A DNA stretch of 64,000 nucleotides from Actinomycetota bacterium (GTDB lineage: Bacteria; Actinomycetota; Actinomycetes; Actinomycetales; Microbacteriaceae): the NCBI GenBank assembly GCA_039804775.1, contig JBDLVN010000062.1, positions 10,110-74,109 on the forward strand, in the 5' to 3' direction. The translations under genes were made by a program, and so were the position numbers. A model generated the notes under the pieces. It searched no databases, had not been told where the DNA came from, and saw only the letters and a program-made list of their open reading frames with translations. Each line of letters opens with the position of its first letter. The first letter of the stretch is position 1. Of this stretch, positions 1 to 9,181 are shown one piece after another.

Positions 1-99
1 TTAGCTTGCTTGAAACTGCAAACGACTTTGACTTTCAAATCGGGCACTGGCTAGAACGCTGGCGGCGCGCCGCTGCAGAGGTACTCAGCTAACGAGACG

Positions 100-963
100 C
101 TACTCGTTTAGCAAGTTGATAAGGTACTCACCGTATCCGGACTTCAGATATTTAGAACCTTCTGCGTGCAACTGTTCGTCAGAAATGAAGCCCATGCGCC
201 ATGCAACTTCTTCAGGGGCGCAAATCTTCGTTCCCTGACGATGTTCGAGCACTTTGACAAATTCGGCGGCTTCGATCAGGGAGTCGAAACTACCGGTATC
301 TAACCAAACCGTACCCCGTTCTAATTTTTGAACGTTGAGCTGAGAATCTTCTAGATATAGTCTGTTCAAGTCAGTAATCTCGAGCTCGCCCCGCGGTGAA
401 GGTTTCAGAGATTTGGCTTTTTCGACCACCGAATTGTCATAAAAATAAAGTCCAGGAATCACATATTTGCTTTTGGCCACCAAAGGTTTCTCTTCAATGC
501 TCAATGCGATTCCATCTGCATCAAACTCGATGACACCATACTCTTCTGGGTTCGAAACTTTATATGCAAAAACCGTTGCACCGGGTGCGTCAAGAGCATT
601 TTGCAGCGTCGATGCAAGACCTGCAGAGTGAAAAATGTTGTCGCCCAAAATCAAAGCTACGTTGTCTGTGCCAATGAAATCTTCAGATAAAAGAAACGCC
701 TCTGCTAGCCCGTTGGGTGCCTGCTGAGTCGCATAAGTTATGGTGATGCCGAACTGTAACCCTGTTCCCAGCAGTCGCTCAAAAGACGCACGCTCATGTG
801 GGGTTGTAATAATTTGAATCTCGCGAATTCCTGCAAGCATCAGGGTCGACAGCGGGTAATAAATCATTGGCTTGTCATAAACTGGCATCAACTGTTTTGA
901 AGTTGCCAAAGTGAGTGGATGCAGTCGTGTTCCTGATCCGCCTGCGAGAATAATGCCCTTCAT
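100..963 (-). CDS. rfbA: glucose-1-phosphate thymidylyltransferase
   Basis: 287 aa. N-terminal [18 protein letters not shown] nucleotidyltransferase loop with full-length RmlA-like sequence. Divergent from rfbB. Confidence 0.93.
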   Translation of the reverse strand: MKGIILAGGSGTRLHPLTLATSKQLMPVYDKPMIYYPLSTLMLAGIREIQIITTPHERASFERLLGTGLQFGITITYATQQAPNGLAEAFLLSEDFIGTDNVALILGDNIFHSAGLASTLQNALDAPGATVFAYKVSNPEEYGVIEFDADGIALSIEEKPLVAKSKYVIPGLYFYDNSVVEKAKSLKPSPRGELEITDLNRLYLEDSQLNVQKLERGTVWLDTGSFDSLIEAAEFVKVLEHRQGTKICAPEEVAWRMGFISDEQLHAEGSKYLKSGYGEYLINLLNE

Positions 964-1004
964 AATTTTTATGGTATCTCACTTAGATTGATTGGATTTT
1001 TTAA

Positions 1005-2003
1005 ATGAGGCTTCTCGTAACCGGCGGTGCTGGCTTCATCGGTTCAAATTTTGTACTCAGGGTGTTGGCAGAGCGCGAAGAAATGTCTATCACTGTGATC
1101 GACTCCCTCACCTACGCGGGGCGCATGGACAACCTTGCAGGTGCCACGGGTTTTGAATCGCGATTTAGATTCGTCGAAGGTGACATCAGAGATTCAGAGA
1201 AAGTGGACGACTTGGTGGCTGATTGTGACGTGATTGTGCACTTCGCCGCAGAAAGCCACAACGACAACTCTTTGGTAAACCCAAAAATATTTCTTGAAAC
1301 AAACTTCATGGGAACCTTCAATCTGATTCAATCAGCAGTGAAGCACGGCGTTCGTTTTCACCACATTTCAACCGATGAGGTTTTCGGAGACCTGCCTCTA
1401 AACAGTGCCACGAAGTTTAAGCCAGACACCCCATACAACCCATCAAGCCCATATTCAGCATCTAAAGCGGCCTCTGATCACTTGGTTCGAGCCTGGGTCA
1501 GGTCTTTTGGGCTAGAGGCAACGATTTCTAATTGCTCAAACAACTATGGCCCAAGGCAGCATGAAGAGAAATTCATTCCCAGGACAATTTTGCTGGCAGC
1601 TAGAGGCATCAGACCGAAGATTTATGGCGACGGATTGAACGTTAGGGATTGGATTCACGTTGACGACCACACAGACGGTGTTCTCGCGATTCTCGATCGC
1701 GGAGCAATCGGCGAAACCTATTTGTTGGGAGCCAATGGTGAGGCCACAAATATCGAAGTGGTTCGATCGATTTTGAGTCTCATGGGTATTCCCCAAGATT
1801 TCATCGAATTTGTAAAAAACCGACCCGGGCACGATTTGCGATATGCGATTGACGCAACCAAAACCCATTCTGAACTCGGCTGGTTGCCAAAATACGCTTC
1901 GTTAGAACAAGGCCTGCCAAAGGTCATTGAACATTACCTTTCAAATGCGTCTCAGGCTTCTGATCTAAGCTTTGGCTCTCACTCAGCAACTAAACCAAAA
2001 TAG
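1005..2003 (+). CDS. rfbB: dTDP-glucose 4,6-dehydratase
   Basis: 332 aa. Rossmann motif VTGGAGFIGSNF and catalytic YSASKAASDHL (YxxxK), typical of RmlB. Confidence 0.93.
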   Translation: MRLLVTGGAGFIGSNFVLRVLAEREEMSITVIDSLTYAGRMDNLAGATGFESRFRFVEGDIRDSEKVDDLVADCDVIVHFAAESHNDNSLVNPKIFLETNFMGTFNLIQSAVKHGVRFHHISTDEVFGDLPLNSATKFKPDTPYNPSSPYSASKAASDHLVRAWVRSFGLEATISNCSNNYGPRQHEEKFIPRTILLAARGIRPKIYGDGLNVRDWIHVDDHTDGVLAILDRGAIGETYLLGANGEATNIEVVRSILSLMGIPQDFIEFVKNRPGHDLRYAIDATKTHSELGWLPKYASLEQGLPKVIEHYLSNASQASDLSFGSHSATKPK

Positions 2004-2011
2004 CCTGAGTC

Positions 2012-2647
2012 TTAGGTTTCGTCCTTCGACGCCAATGCCGCAAGGTCTAGGAGCGTGCGTGCGACGTCATTGAGTGCTGGCAGCATTTGTTGAACCGAAT
2101 TTTCGTAGTGGCTAAAAGACTTGCCATATGGGTCTGCTACATCATCAGACTCTGCCTTAGCCGGCATCTCAACCAGAGAACGAGATGTTGACATAATTCT
2201 GGCAAAAGCTCGGACCCTTTCACCTTGCGTTAACCCGCGGAGCACTTGCAGATTCTCAACAGTGTTTGCTACCTCGATAAGCCGGGGCATTTCAAGCAAG
2301 ACGAATACCCGGTTCATCAGCCTCGGAGCTTCGTCTAGAATCGACAACCTTTGATCTCGAGTCATTGTTATCACCAAATCTTGGTTGACAATGTCCTCAA
2401 AGTCGGTCTGGCGTGAAACGTGAGTGACGATGGTCGACTTGATGTGTTGAGAAATTAGAGGCTTCATGTTTTCAGCCGCGCCTCTAGGCTCTAGAACAAA
2501 GAGCCCAGATGAACTCAAATCGAATATGTTCGTATCGCCCATTAGGCTCCGAAGGTAAAGCTCACAAAACGGCGATCGGCAGATATTCCCCGTGCAAACG
2601 AAATGAATCTTCGCATGCTCGCCCAGAGGCTTTGAGGGTGCCACCAT
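2012..2647 (-). CDS. low-molecular-weight protein-tyrosine phosphatase (Wzb-like)
   Basis: 211 aa. Has the C-X5-R(S) P-loop VCTGNICRSP and a downstream DPY motif (VADPYGKS). Divergent from the BY-kinase gene. Confidence 0.85.
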   Translation of the reverse strand: MVAPSKPLGEHAKIHFVCTGNICRSPFCELYLRSLMGDTNIFDLSSSGLFVLEPRGAAENMKPLISQHIKSTIVTHVSRQTDFEDIVNQDLVITMTRDQRLSILDEAPRLMNRVFVLLEMPRLIEVANTVENLQVLRGLTQGERVRAFARIMSTSRSLVEMPAKAESDDVADPYGKSFSHYENSVQQMLPALNDVARTLLDLAALASKDET

Positions 2648-2802
2648 TCAGTCTCGACCTTTCTCTAGAAAGCCAGTTACTAAACAAAGTTTAGCGATGC
2701 TGAGGCTGTGAAGTTTCTGTGGTTAATCACAGCGCAATACAGCACTAAAGTGTCTCGCTGTTAGAATTGCAACTTGACAATCAAATTTGAGAGCAGACTG
2801 TT

Positions 2803-4311
2803 TTGAGCATCGCAGAGATTGCAACAATCCTTAGAAAAAGCTGGTGGCGCATCGCCCTGGTCGCTCTTCTTGGGGCCAGCACCGGCCTCGGATGGGCTTC
2901 GCTCCAGCCTAGACTCTACACTGCTAGTGCGTCGGCCATCGTGACAACTGGGGCTTCTGCGAATGTAGGCTCTGCACTGATTGCAGACCAGTTCGCACAG
3001 GCGCGTGTTAAGTCTTATCTCGACTTGGTTCAATCGCGAACCGTTGCTGAGTTCGTAATCACCAAATTGCATCTGAACATGCAACCGTCAGCCTTGGTTG
3101 GCTCTATCACTGCAACGATTCCTGACAGCACCGCTGTTTTGAGAATTCATGCAACAGCCAATTCGCCCGAGGGTGCCCTCGACTTGGCCCAAGCATGGGT
3201 TGCTGGCCTGATCAGCGAAGTTGATCGAGTCGAATCGCTCGACGCCCAGGGTTCTGAAGCAAGTAGCATCGTTCGAATGCAGAACCTCGAGACGGCCACG
3301 CTCCCGCAGTTTCCTTCCTATCCAAGCTATCGTCAAGCAATAGTTCTCGGAGGCTCGATTGGTCTTGCTGCCGGATTCGCTTTGTCATTCATCTTGTTCC
3401 GACTCGACATGCGAATTCGCTCAGTTCGTGAAGTAGAAGAGGTCTCAGGAATATCTGTGATTGGCACGCTGCCTTACAACTCAGAACTGAATGACAGCGG
3501 CCGTGGCAGCGCAGGTCGAACAAAAAAGCAGACCAGCAAGTATGAAAAAGAAAACAGGCTTCTAGAAGAGGCTTACCGCAAGCTTCGCACGAATTTGCAG
3601 TTCATGAACGTCGACAACCCTCCTCGTCGAATCGTAATCACCAGCGCCTTGCCAAATGAGGGCAAATCAACCACCACGGTTAACTTGGCAAAGATCTTGG
3701 CAGCCTCAGGGCAAAAAGTGATTGTGATCGATGGCGACCTAAGAAGGCGCGGGCTGGCGCAAGCATTTGGCGTAGCTGAAGGTGCTGGCCTGACTGACAT
3801 TCTGGTCAATCGCGTTGAACTTGATGACGTTCTTCAACCGGTTGGGCGAACTGGTTTGCTTCACGTGTTAGCTGCTGGTGTTGTTCCGCCAAACCCCAGC
3901 GAGCTACTGGGTTCGCGCGCGTTTGAGACCTTGCTCGATCAATTGTCAAAAGATGCCATGGTTCTCATCGACGCGCCACCTCTCTTGCCTGTAACCGACG
4001 GCGCTATCTTGGCAGCACGCACAGACGGCGCACTGATTTTGGTTCGTGCGGGTTCAACAACCATCGGTCACTTAAAAATTGCGCTAAGCAACTTGGAGCG
4101 AATCAACGGCAAGGCTCTCGGTATCGTGCTCAACCGGGTGCCCAAGTCAAAGAGTGGCGGCAGCTACTACGGGTACTCCTACTATGGTGACTACTACGGC
4201 GAATACTATGGTGAATATTATGGCGAGGTCGGCGAGACAAAGAAGCGTCGTCGCATTCGCAAAGTGAAAAACGTGCTCGCCTCGGCTTCAAAGTTAATTT
4301 CAAGAAAGTAA
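2803..4311 (+). CDS. polysaccharide co-polymerase / BY-type tyrosine autokinase (Wzc-like fusion)
   Basis: 502 aa. N-terminal Wzz-like TM module, Walker A NEGKSTT, Walker A' VIVIDGDLRR, Walker B VLIDAPP, and a C-terminal Tyr cluster GGSYYGYSYYGDYYGEYYGEYYGE. TTG start. Confidence 0.88.
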   Translation: MSIAEIATILRKSWWRIALVALLGASTGLGWASLQPRLYTASASAIVTTGASANVGSALIADQFAQARVKSYLDLVQSRTVAEFVITKLHLNMQPSALVGSITATIPDSTAVLRIHATANSPEGALDLAQAWVAGLISEVDRVESLDAQGSEASSIVRMQNLETATLPQFPSYPSYRQAIVLGGSIGLAAGFALSFILFRLDMRIRSVREVEEVSGISVIGTLPYNSELNDSGRGSAGRTKKQTSKYEKENRLLEEAYRKLRTNLQFMNVDNPPRRIVITSALPNEGKSTTTVNLAKILAASGQKVIVIDGDLRRRGLAQAFGVAEGAGLTDILVNRVELDDVLQPVGRTGLLHVLAAGVVPPNPSELLGSRAFETLLDQLSKDAMVLIDAPPLLPVTDGAILAARTDGALILVRAGSTTIGHLKIALSNLERINGKALGIVLNRVPKSKSGGSYYGYSYYGDYYGEYYGEYYGEVGETKKRRRIRKVKNVLASASKLISRK

Positions 4312-4313
4312 CT

Positions 4314-5234
4314 GTGGGCAAGTCAGTTTCAATCGTTGTTCCTTCTTATCAAGGAGAAAACCGGCTGCCACTTCTGTTGCAAGCCCTTGAAAACCAACAG
4401 ACTGATTGCGACTGGGAAGTAATCGTGGTTCTCGATGGGTCCACCGACGGCTCTGAAGCTATTTTGGCTGAATGGGCTGAGAAAATTCCCCTCAAATATT
4501 CTGCCCGAAAACAAAATCTCGGCCGATCTGCAACCCTAAACGAGGGGTTCAAACTGGCGACCAAAGATGTGCTCGTTCGTTGTGACGACGATTTGGTGCC
4601 TGATTCTAAATACATTCAGATTTACAGCCAGACCATCACAGAGAATCCAAAAACGGGTGCCGTTGGCCTGCCGAACAACGTTTTTAAGAACACGAAATAT
4701 TCAAAAGTTTACGGCGAACCAGTCGACAAGCGCTATGCAAGAGAAGCGTATGCCTCTAATCAAGAGGACAGGTGGCACTATTGGGGCGGCAATTGCGGTG
4801 TGTCACGTGAGGCATTTCAAGAGGTCGGCGAATATGACACTAACTTTCGCGAATATGGTTGGGAAGATGTCGATTGGGGTTATCGCCTTTCAAAGCTTGG
4901 TTATGGCATAGCTCTTGTGCCGGGGCTTGAGGTTCCCCACAACGCAGCTTCGACTACAACAGCGACTAGGTGCGAACGTGCGCGCTGGTCAGGCTCTGCC
5001 AGCGTTCGCTTCGAGAAAAAACATGGCGTAGTCAAAGTTGAACCCCAAAAAACCCTGTGGAACACTCTTGTTAAAATTCTTTCACGCATAGCGGGCAAAG
5101 AACTCGGTAGGTTTGTCGACCTGCTGCTGTGGATTGTGCCCGCAAGAGTTGGACTTCGCCTCGCTGACATGACAATTCAGGCGTCCCATAGGCGCGGAGT
5201 CTCAGATGCCCGCTCAAGTTTGCTGTCGAAATAG
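4314..5234 (+). CDS. family-2 glycosyltransferase
   Basis: 306 aa. N-terminal SIVVPSYQGENRL pattern and a DDD (DxD-like) motif, consistent with a GT-A fold. Confidence 0.8.
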   Translation: MGKSVSIVVPSYQGENRLPLLLQALENQQTDCDWEVIVVLDGSTDGSEAILAEWAEKIPLKYSARKQNLGRSATLNEGFKLATKDVLVRCDDDLVPDSKYIQIYSQTITENPKTGAVGLPNNVFKNTKYSKVYGEPVDKRYAREAYASNQEDRWHYWGGNCGVSREAFQEVGEYDTNFREYGWEDVDWGYRLSKLGYGIALVPGLEVPHNAASTTTATRCERARWSGSASVRFEKKHGVVKVEPQKTLWNTLVKILSRIAGKELGRFVDLLLWIVPARVGLRLADMTIQASHRRGVSDARSSLLSK

Positions 5235-5239
5235 ACTAC

Positions 5240-6292
5240 ATGGCTAACGTTTTCATTGCCACAAACAATGGTGACATCGGGGGCGGCGAGGTCATGCTTT
5301 TAAATGTCGCCCAAGCTGCCCGCAGTTTAGGACATTCGATAACTGTTGTAACTCCTTCGAATCCAAATAACTTGCGCGAAGCCGCAACCAACCTAGGTTT
5401 GCAAGTTATCGCACTTGAAGCCAAAAACCGGATCGAGTGGGTTCTCGCCTTGCGAAAGTGGCGCCGAAAAAATCGCGATGGATACCTATGGTGCAACGGG
5501 CTTGTGCCGGCATTTGCTACGAGTTTTCAACAAAAAAGAATTGTTCACTTGCACCAAGAGCCAAAAGGAATTCAGTTGTTGGCTTGTGCTGTGGCTAAAT
5601 ATTCAAGTTTGGTTACGCTCGTTCCCTCAGAATTCATGGCGAGCAAAGTTAGGGGATCAACGGTTTTCGAGAACTGGGTTAGCGAGCCTAACCTCTCGAA
5701 ACGAAGTGCCGTTTCATCTGAGGAAGTCGTGGTCGGATTCATTGGTCGACTCGCACTTATCAAGGGAATTGACGTTTTAGCCGACGCTATCGCCGAACTG
5801 AATAGCCGCAACGGGTTGCCTAGCTACAAATTGCATGTCGCGGGTGAGCCAAGGTTCACCTCGAAATCAGATCAAAAAGTCGTAGGCGAATCCCTAGCTC
5901 GCATTTCAAACCACACTGAATTTCTCGGGTGGGTTGACCCGGGAACCTTTTTTGCAGGCATTGATATCTTCGTTTGTCCATCGGTTTGGCAAGAACCGTT
6001 CGGGCTAGTGGTCGCAGAAGCGATGGCCTCCCGAGTGCCCTACATAACCACTACGGTCGGGGCGTTGCCTGAGGTCAGTGGCCGAGGGTATGAACATCTA
6101 GTGGCTCCCAGAGATTCTTCTGCGCTTGCAAGCTCAATTGAAGAACTCGCTGAAACGATTCGCACTGATCCGAATTTGATCAGGGAGCTTCAATCAAATC
6201 AATATTCACGATGGCAAAAACACTTTAGCCCTGGGGCTGGAGCTGAGCGTGTGTCTCGCCTTCTAGAGAGCCTGGTTAGAGAAAACCCTTGA
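5240..6292 (+). CDS. GT-B (GT4-like) glycosyltransferase
   Basis: 350 aa. C-terminal EPFGLVVAEAMASRVP (E-x7-E type) motif. Confidence 0.8.
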   Translation: MANVFIATNNGDIGGGEVMLLNVAQAARSLGHSITVVTPSNPNNLREAATNLGLQVIALEAKNRIEWVLALRKWRRKNRDGYLWCNGLVPAFATSFQQKRIVHLHQEPKGIQLLACAVAKYSSLVTLVPSEFMASKVRGSTVFENWVSEPNLSKRSAVSSEEVVVGFIGRLALIKGIDVLADAIAELNSRNGLPSYKLHVAGEPRFTSKSDQKVVGESLARISNHTEFLGWVDPGTFFAGIDIFVCPSVWQEPFGLVVAEAMASRVPYITTTVGALPEVSGRGYEHLVAPRDSSALASSIEELAETIRTDPNLIRELQSNQYSRWQKHFSPGAGAERVSRLLESLVRENP

Positions 6293-6294
6293 CA

Positions 6295-8100
6295 TTAGAG
6301 AGAGGCGAGCTTAGCGAGGTTTGCGAAGACTTTGCTGGTGTTTCGCACATGATCAAATGTTCCCAGGGCGTCCATCTTGCCTTCATGCAAAACTAAGAAC
6401 TGGTCACAATTTCTAACCGTTGAAAGACGGTGTGCCACCACAATCACCGAGATCTCACCGGCGAGGTTGCTGATAGTCTCGGTGATTTGCTTTTCTGTCT
6501 CGTTATCTAAAGCCGATGTTGCTTCATCGAGAATCAACACTGACGGTTTCTTGTAAAGCGCTCGCGCGATAGCTATTCTTTGCCGTTGGCCGCCTGAAAG
6601 CCTAACTCCGCGTTCTCCGACCAAAAGATCAAGGCCGTCTGGGCTTGATGCCACCAACGATTCAAGTCGCGCAAGTTTGACCGTTTGATTCAAGAGCTCT
6701 TGATCGACATCGTTCACGTCGACGTCAAAAACAATGTTCTCTCTAAGCGTTGCATCCATAAGAAAAACGTCTTGCGGAACAAGACCGATTTTTGTCTGCC
6801 AGTCGATTAGGTTTTTGTGAATGTTAATGCCGCCACAGGTTATCTGGCCGGTAGTAGGTTTTTGCAAACCCAACAAAAGGTCTACAAGCGTTGTCTTGCC
6901 CGCACCGCTGAGACCCACCAAGGCTAGGCTGCTTCCAGCTGGAACAACTAAGTCGATTGCCTGCAGGACCGGGTTTGCGTCTATGTATTCATACGAAACA
7001 TCTGAGATCTCTATGGCGCCCGAGTATTCAACTAGACCGGGAGTGCCGACTTTTAGCTGATTTTCTCGCAAGCGTGTTATGTCGCCATAGAGTTTTTCGA
7101 TAGAGGGCTTTGCATAGAGATAGCCATTCAGCGACGCCAGCATTCGAGTCACGCTTGGCAAAAGGCGAAAACCAGCAGCTCCAAAAATCGCGAGGGTTGA
7201 CAGCATTTGACCCGAGGCACCAATAGAAAATAGATAAGCAGAAATTGCGGCAACACCGCAAACGAGCAGTACCTCAAAAAAGTACTTTGGCAAATCTGAG
7301 TACAACGCCTTAGTTCGTGTAGAAACATTTTTGCGCTGTTCTGCTATTTCAAATGCAGTCAAAAACGGGCCTGGGTTGTTTCGCAGAATGATTTCTTTCA
7401 CGCCTCCAAGGCCTTGATTGATAGCCTTTGTTGACGCAGCTTGGTAACGCTGACCCGCTTCAGCTGCGGCCTTGTTTCGGCGCCTGATAATCATTTGAAA
7501 ACCTCCGCCAACACCCCCGAAAAGTGCGATTACGACTATTGCCACCATTGGGTTCAATAGAAACAGTGAAATCAAAACGGCAAAGACTGTGAATGATTCC
7601 CCAAAAAAAGTAATCAATGTCGTGATTCCAGTAAAAGCACTCAAAGTGACCCAGTTCACACTGTGCATAATTTCAGTGCTAGACGTGCGGCGATGCTCCT
7701 CAAATGGAGCGCGCAAAAAGCTCTCAAAAAGACCGACCGTTGTTTCGGTTTGCTCCTTGGCAAGAAATGTCAGTGACCACCAGCGAAAAGTGACACCAAA
7801 GGCCGCTTTGAAGGTAAAAGCAAATGCAACAATGATGGCTATCTCGAGAGCAAACTGGGGAGTCTCAGGCCGGCCCAAAAGTTGCCACGCCGTTTGAGAC
7901 ACTCCCGTGTAGGTCGCTTGAGCGCCCGCGGCGGTCGGGGCAGTCAAAAGAGACATGAGCGGAATCAAGGCAACAATGCCAATAATGTCGAGCAGAGACA
8001 GAAGAGCATAACCCAGCATGACAGCTACGAGCTTGGCTTTGGTCTTGCGACTAAAAAGCGAGATCAATGATCTAAGAATCATTCTTAAGAACCTCTTCAT
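6295..8100 (-). CDS. fused TMD-NBD ABC exporter (MsbA/PglK-like half transporter)
   Basis: 601 aa. About 6 TM segments followed by Walker A GLSGAGKTT, signature LSGGQRQR and Walker B ILDEATSALD. Confidence 0.85.
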   Translation of the reverse strand: MKRFLRMILRSLISLFSRKTKAKLVAVMLGYALLSLLDIIGIVALIPLMSLLTAPTAAGAQATYTGVSQTAWQLLGRPETPQFALEIAIIVAFAFTFKAAFGVTFRWWSLTFLAKEQTETTVGLFESFLRAPFEEHRRTSSTEIMHSVNWVTLSAFTGITTLITFFGESFTVFAVLISLFLLNPMVAIVVIALFGGVGGGFQMIIRRRNKAAAEAGQRYQAASTKAINQGLGGVKEIILRNNPGPFLTAFEIAEQRKNVSTRTKALYSDLPKYFFEVLLVCGVAAISAYLFSIGASGQMLSTLAIFGAAGFRLLPSVTRMLASLNGYLYAKPSIEKLYGDITRLRENQLKVGTPGLVEYSGAIEISDVSYEYIDANPVLQAIDLVVPAGSSLALVGLSGAGKTTLVDLLLGLQKPTTGQITCGGINIHKNLIDWQTKIGLVPQDVFLMDATLRENIVFDVDVNDVDQELLNQTVKLARLESLVASSPDGLDLLVGERGVRLSGGQRQRIAIARALYKKPSVLILDEATSALDNETEKQITETISNLAGEISVIVVAHRLSTVRNCDQFLVLHEGKMDALGTFDHVRNTSKVFANLAKLASL

Positions 8101-9181
8101 AAATAACTGCGATTTTGGCTGACATTTCTTGGGTGCTCTGCCATTGCGGCAACTTCATTGATTCCTTTTTTTCGAGGATTCTCTGGGCGAGTTCTGCCGA
8201 TTCGAGATTTCGAATCAGATATTCCTCTGGCACCAATTCTGGGTTACCGCCGACCGCTGTAGCGAGAACAGGCACTCCACTCACTCGAGCATCTAAAAGC
8301 GAGTAGGAGCAGTTCTCCCACTTCGAAACCTGAATTAGAAGAGTTGCCCGTTCTAGCGCAGCCTGGGGGTCAACATGGCCTAGAAAACTGCAGTTATCTG
8401 AGAGCTTGAGATTCTGAGTGAGTTCTTCCAATTTGGCTCGCTCTGGCCCTTCACCGGCAATCAAGAGATTGGCTGCTGGGTCAACATCCACGACCAATCG
8501 AAAAGCCTGAATCACAGCGTCAATCTGCTTCTCAGGGCTAAGGCGTGACAAAGTCAAAGCGCAGATTGAGCCATCTGTGGGAATTTTGCTTCTTGCAACT
8601 TTTTCAGGAACATCAACCCCGTTGTAGACAACCGATGTGGGTGTCTTCACTCCCCATTTTTGAAGCATCACTTTTTTGGTCGACTCAGAAACCGCGATAA
8701 ACCGAACGAACCGATAGCTTCGCATGCGATGCAAGACTCGCACTAGAAAAGCTCTCGCCCCATTTGCAGAATAAATATCTGGAGCAGCTATTCCATGCTC
8801 TGTGCTTATGAATTTCGATCCGCTTGTAAAACTAGTCGAAGCAAGAATGAAATCTGCATATGCTAAGTGGCTGTGCACGATGATCGGCCTGTATTCAGAC
8901 AAGATTTTTGTCAGGGAACGCCTCGACGCAGAGAAACCGTATCTTGGCCCGAAATCTAACGCTTTATAGGTTCCGCCGACTTTTGAGACTTCATGGGCCA
9001 ACAAGCCCGGAGGCCCGGCTACTATCAGCTCGAATCCAGGAACGCCACATTTGACAACATCTAGAATGTGGCGCGCAACCCCACCTAGGTCGCTCACTGG
9101 GGTGAGCCATAGAACGATTCTTTTTGAGTGGTTGCTTGGCTCTATCAGAACCACTGCTCTAACCTGTCGAGAGCCACCCAA
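8072..9181 (-). CDS. GT-B (GT4-like) glycosyltransferase
   Basis: 369 aa. GT4-like N-terminus (DLGGVARHILD) and C-terminal SLLDARVSGVPVLAT. The start is uncertain because the ORF overlaps the upstream gene end by 37 nt. Confidence 0.75.
   Translation of the reverse strand: MGGSRQVRAVVLIEPSNHSKRIVLWLTPVSDLGGVARHILDVVKCGVPGFELIVAGPPGLLAHEVSKVGGTYKALDFGPRYGFSASRRSLTKILSEYRPIIVHSHLAYADFILASTSFTSGSKFISTEHGIAAPDIYSANGARAFLVRVLHRMRSYRFVRFIAVSESTKKVMLQKWGVKTPTSVVYNGVDVPEKVARSKIPTDGSICALTLSRLSPEKQIDAVIQAFRLVVDVDPAANLLIAGEGPERAKLEELTQNLKLSDNCSFLGHVDPQAALERATLLIQVSKWENCSYSLLDARVSGVPVLATAVGGNPELVPEEYLIRNLESAELAQRILEKKESMKLPQWQSTQEMSAKIAVIYEEVLKNDS

Noticed and set aside
1-38. Possible start (TTG at 38, minus strand) of a gene running off the left edge.
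   Set aside because: Only about 12 codons are visible, with no ribosome-binding site or recognisable sequence, so it is not reportable as a feature.
62-73. GC-only palindrome GCGGCGCGCCGC downstream of rfbA as an intrinsic terminator.
   Set aside because: A perfect palindrome leaves no loop, so the usable stem is only 4-5 bp. No U-tract follows, so the evidence is too weak.
2774-2779. TTGACA hexamer as the -35 box for the BY-kinase gene.
   Set aside because: It lies only about 24 nt upstream of the TTG start, with no convincing -10 element at proper spacing. It cannot be supported without transcript mapping.
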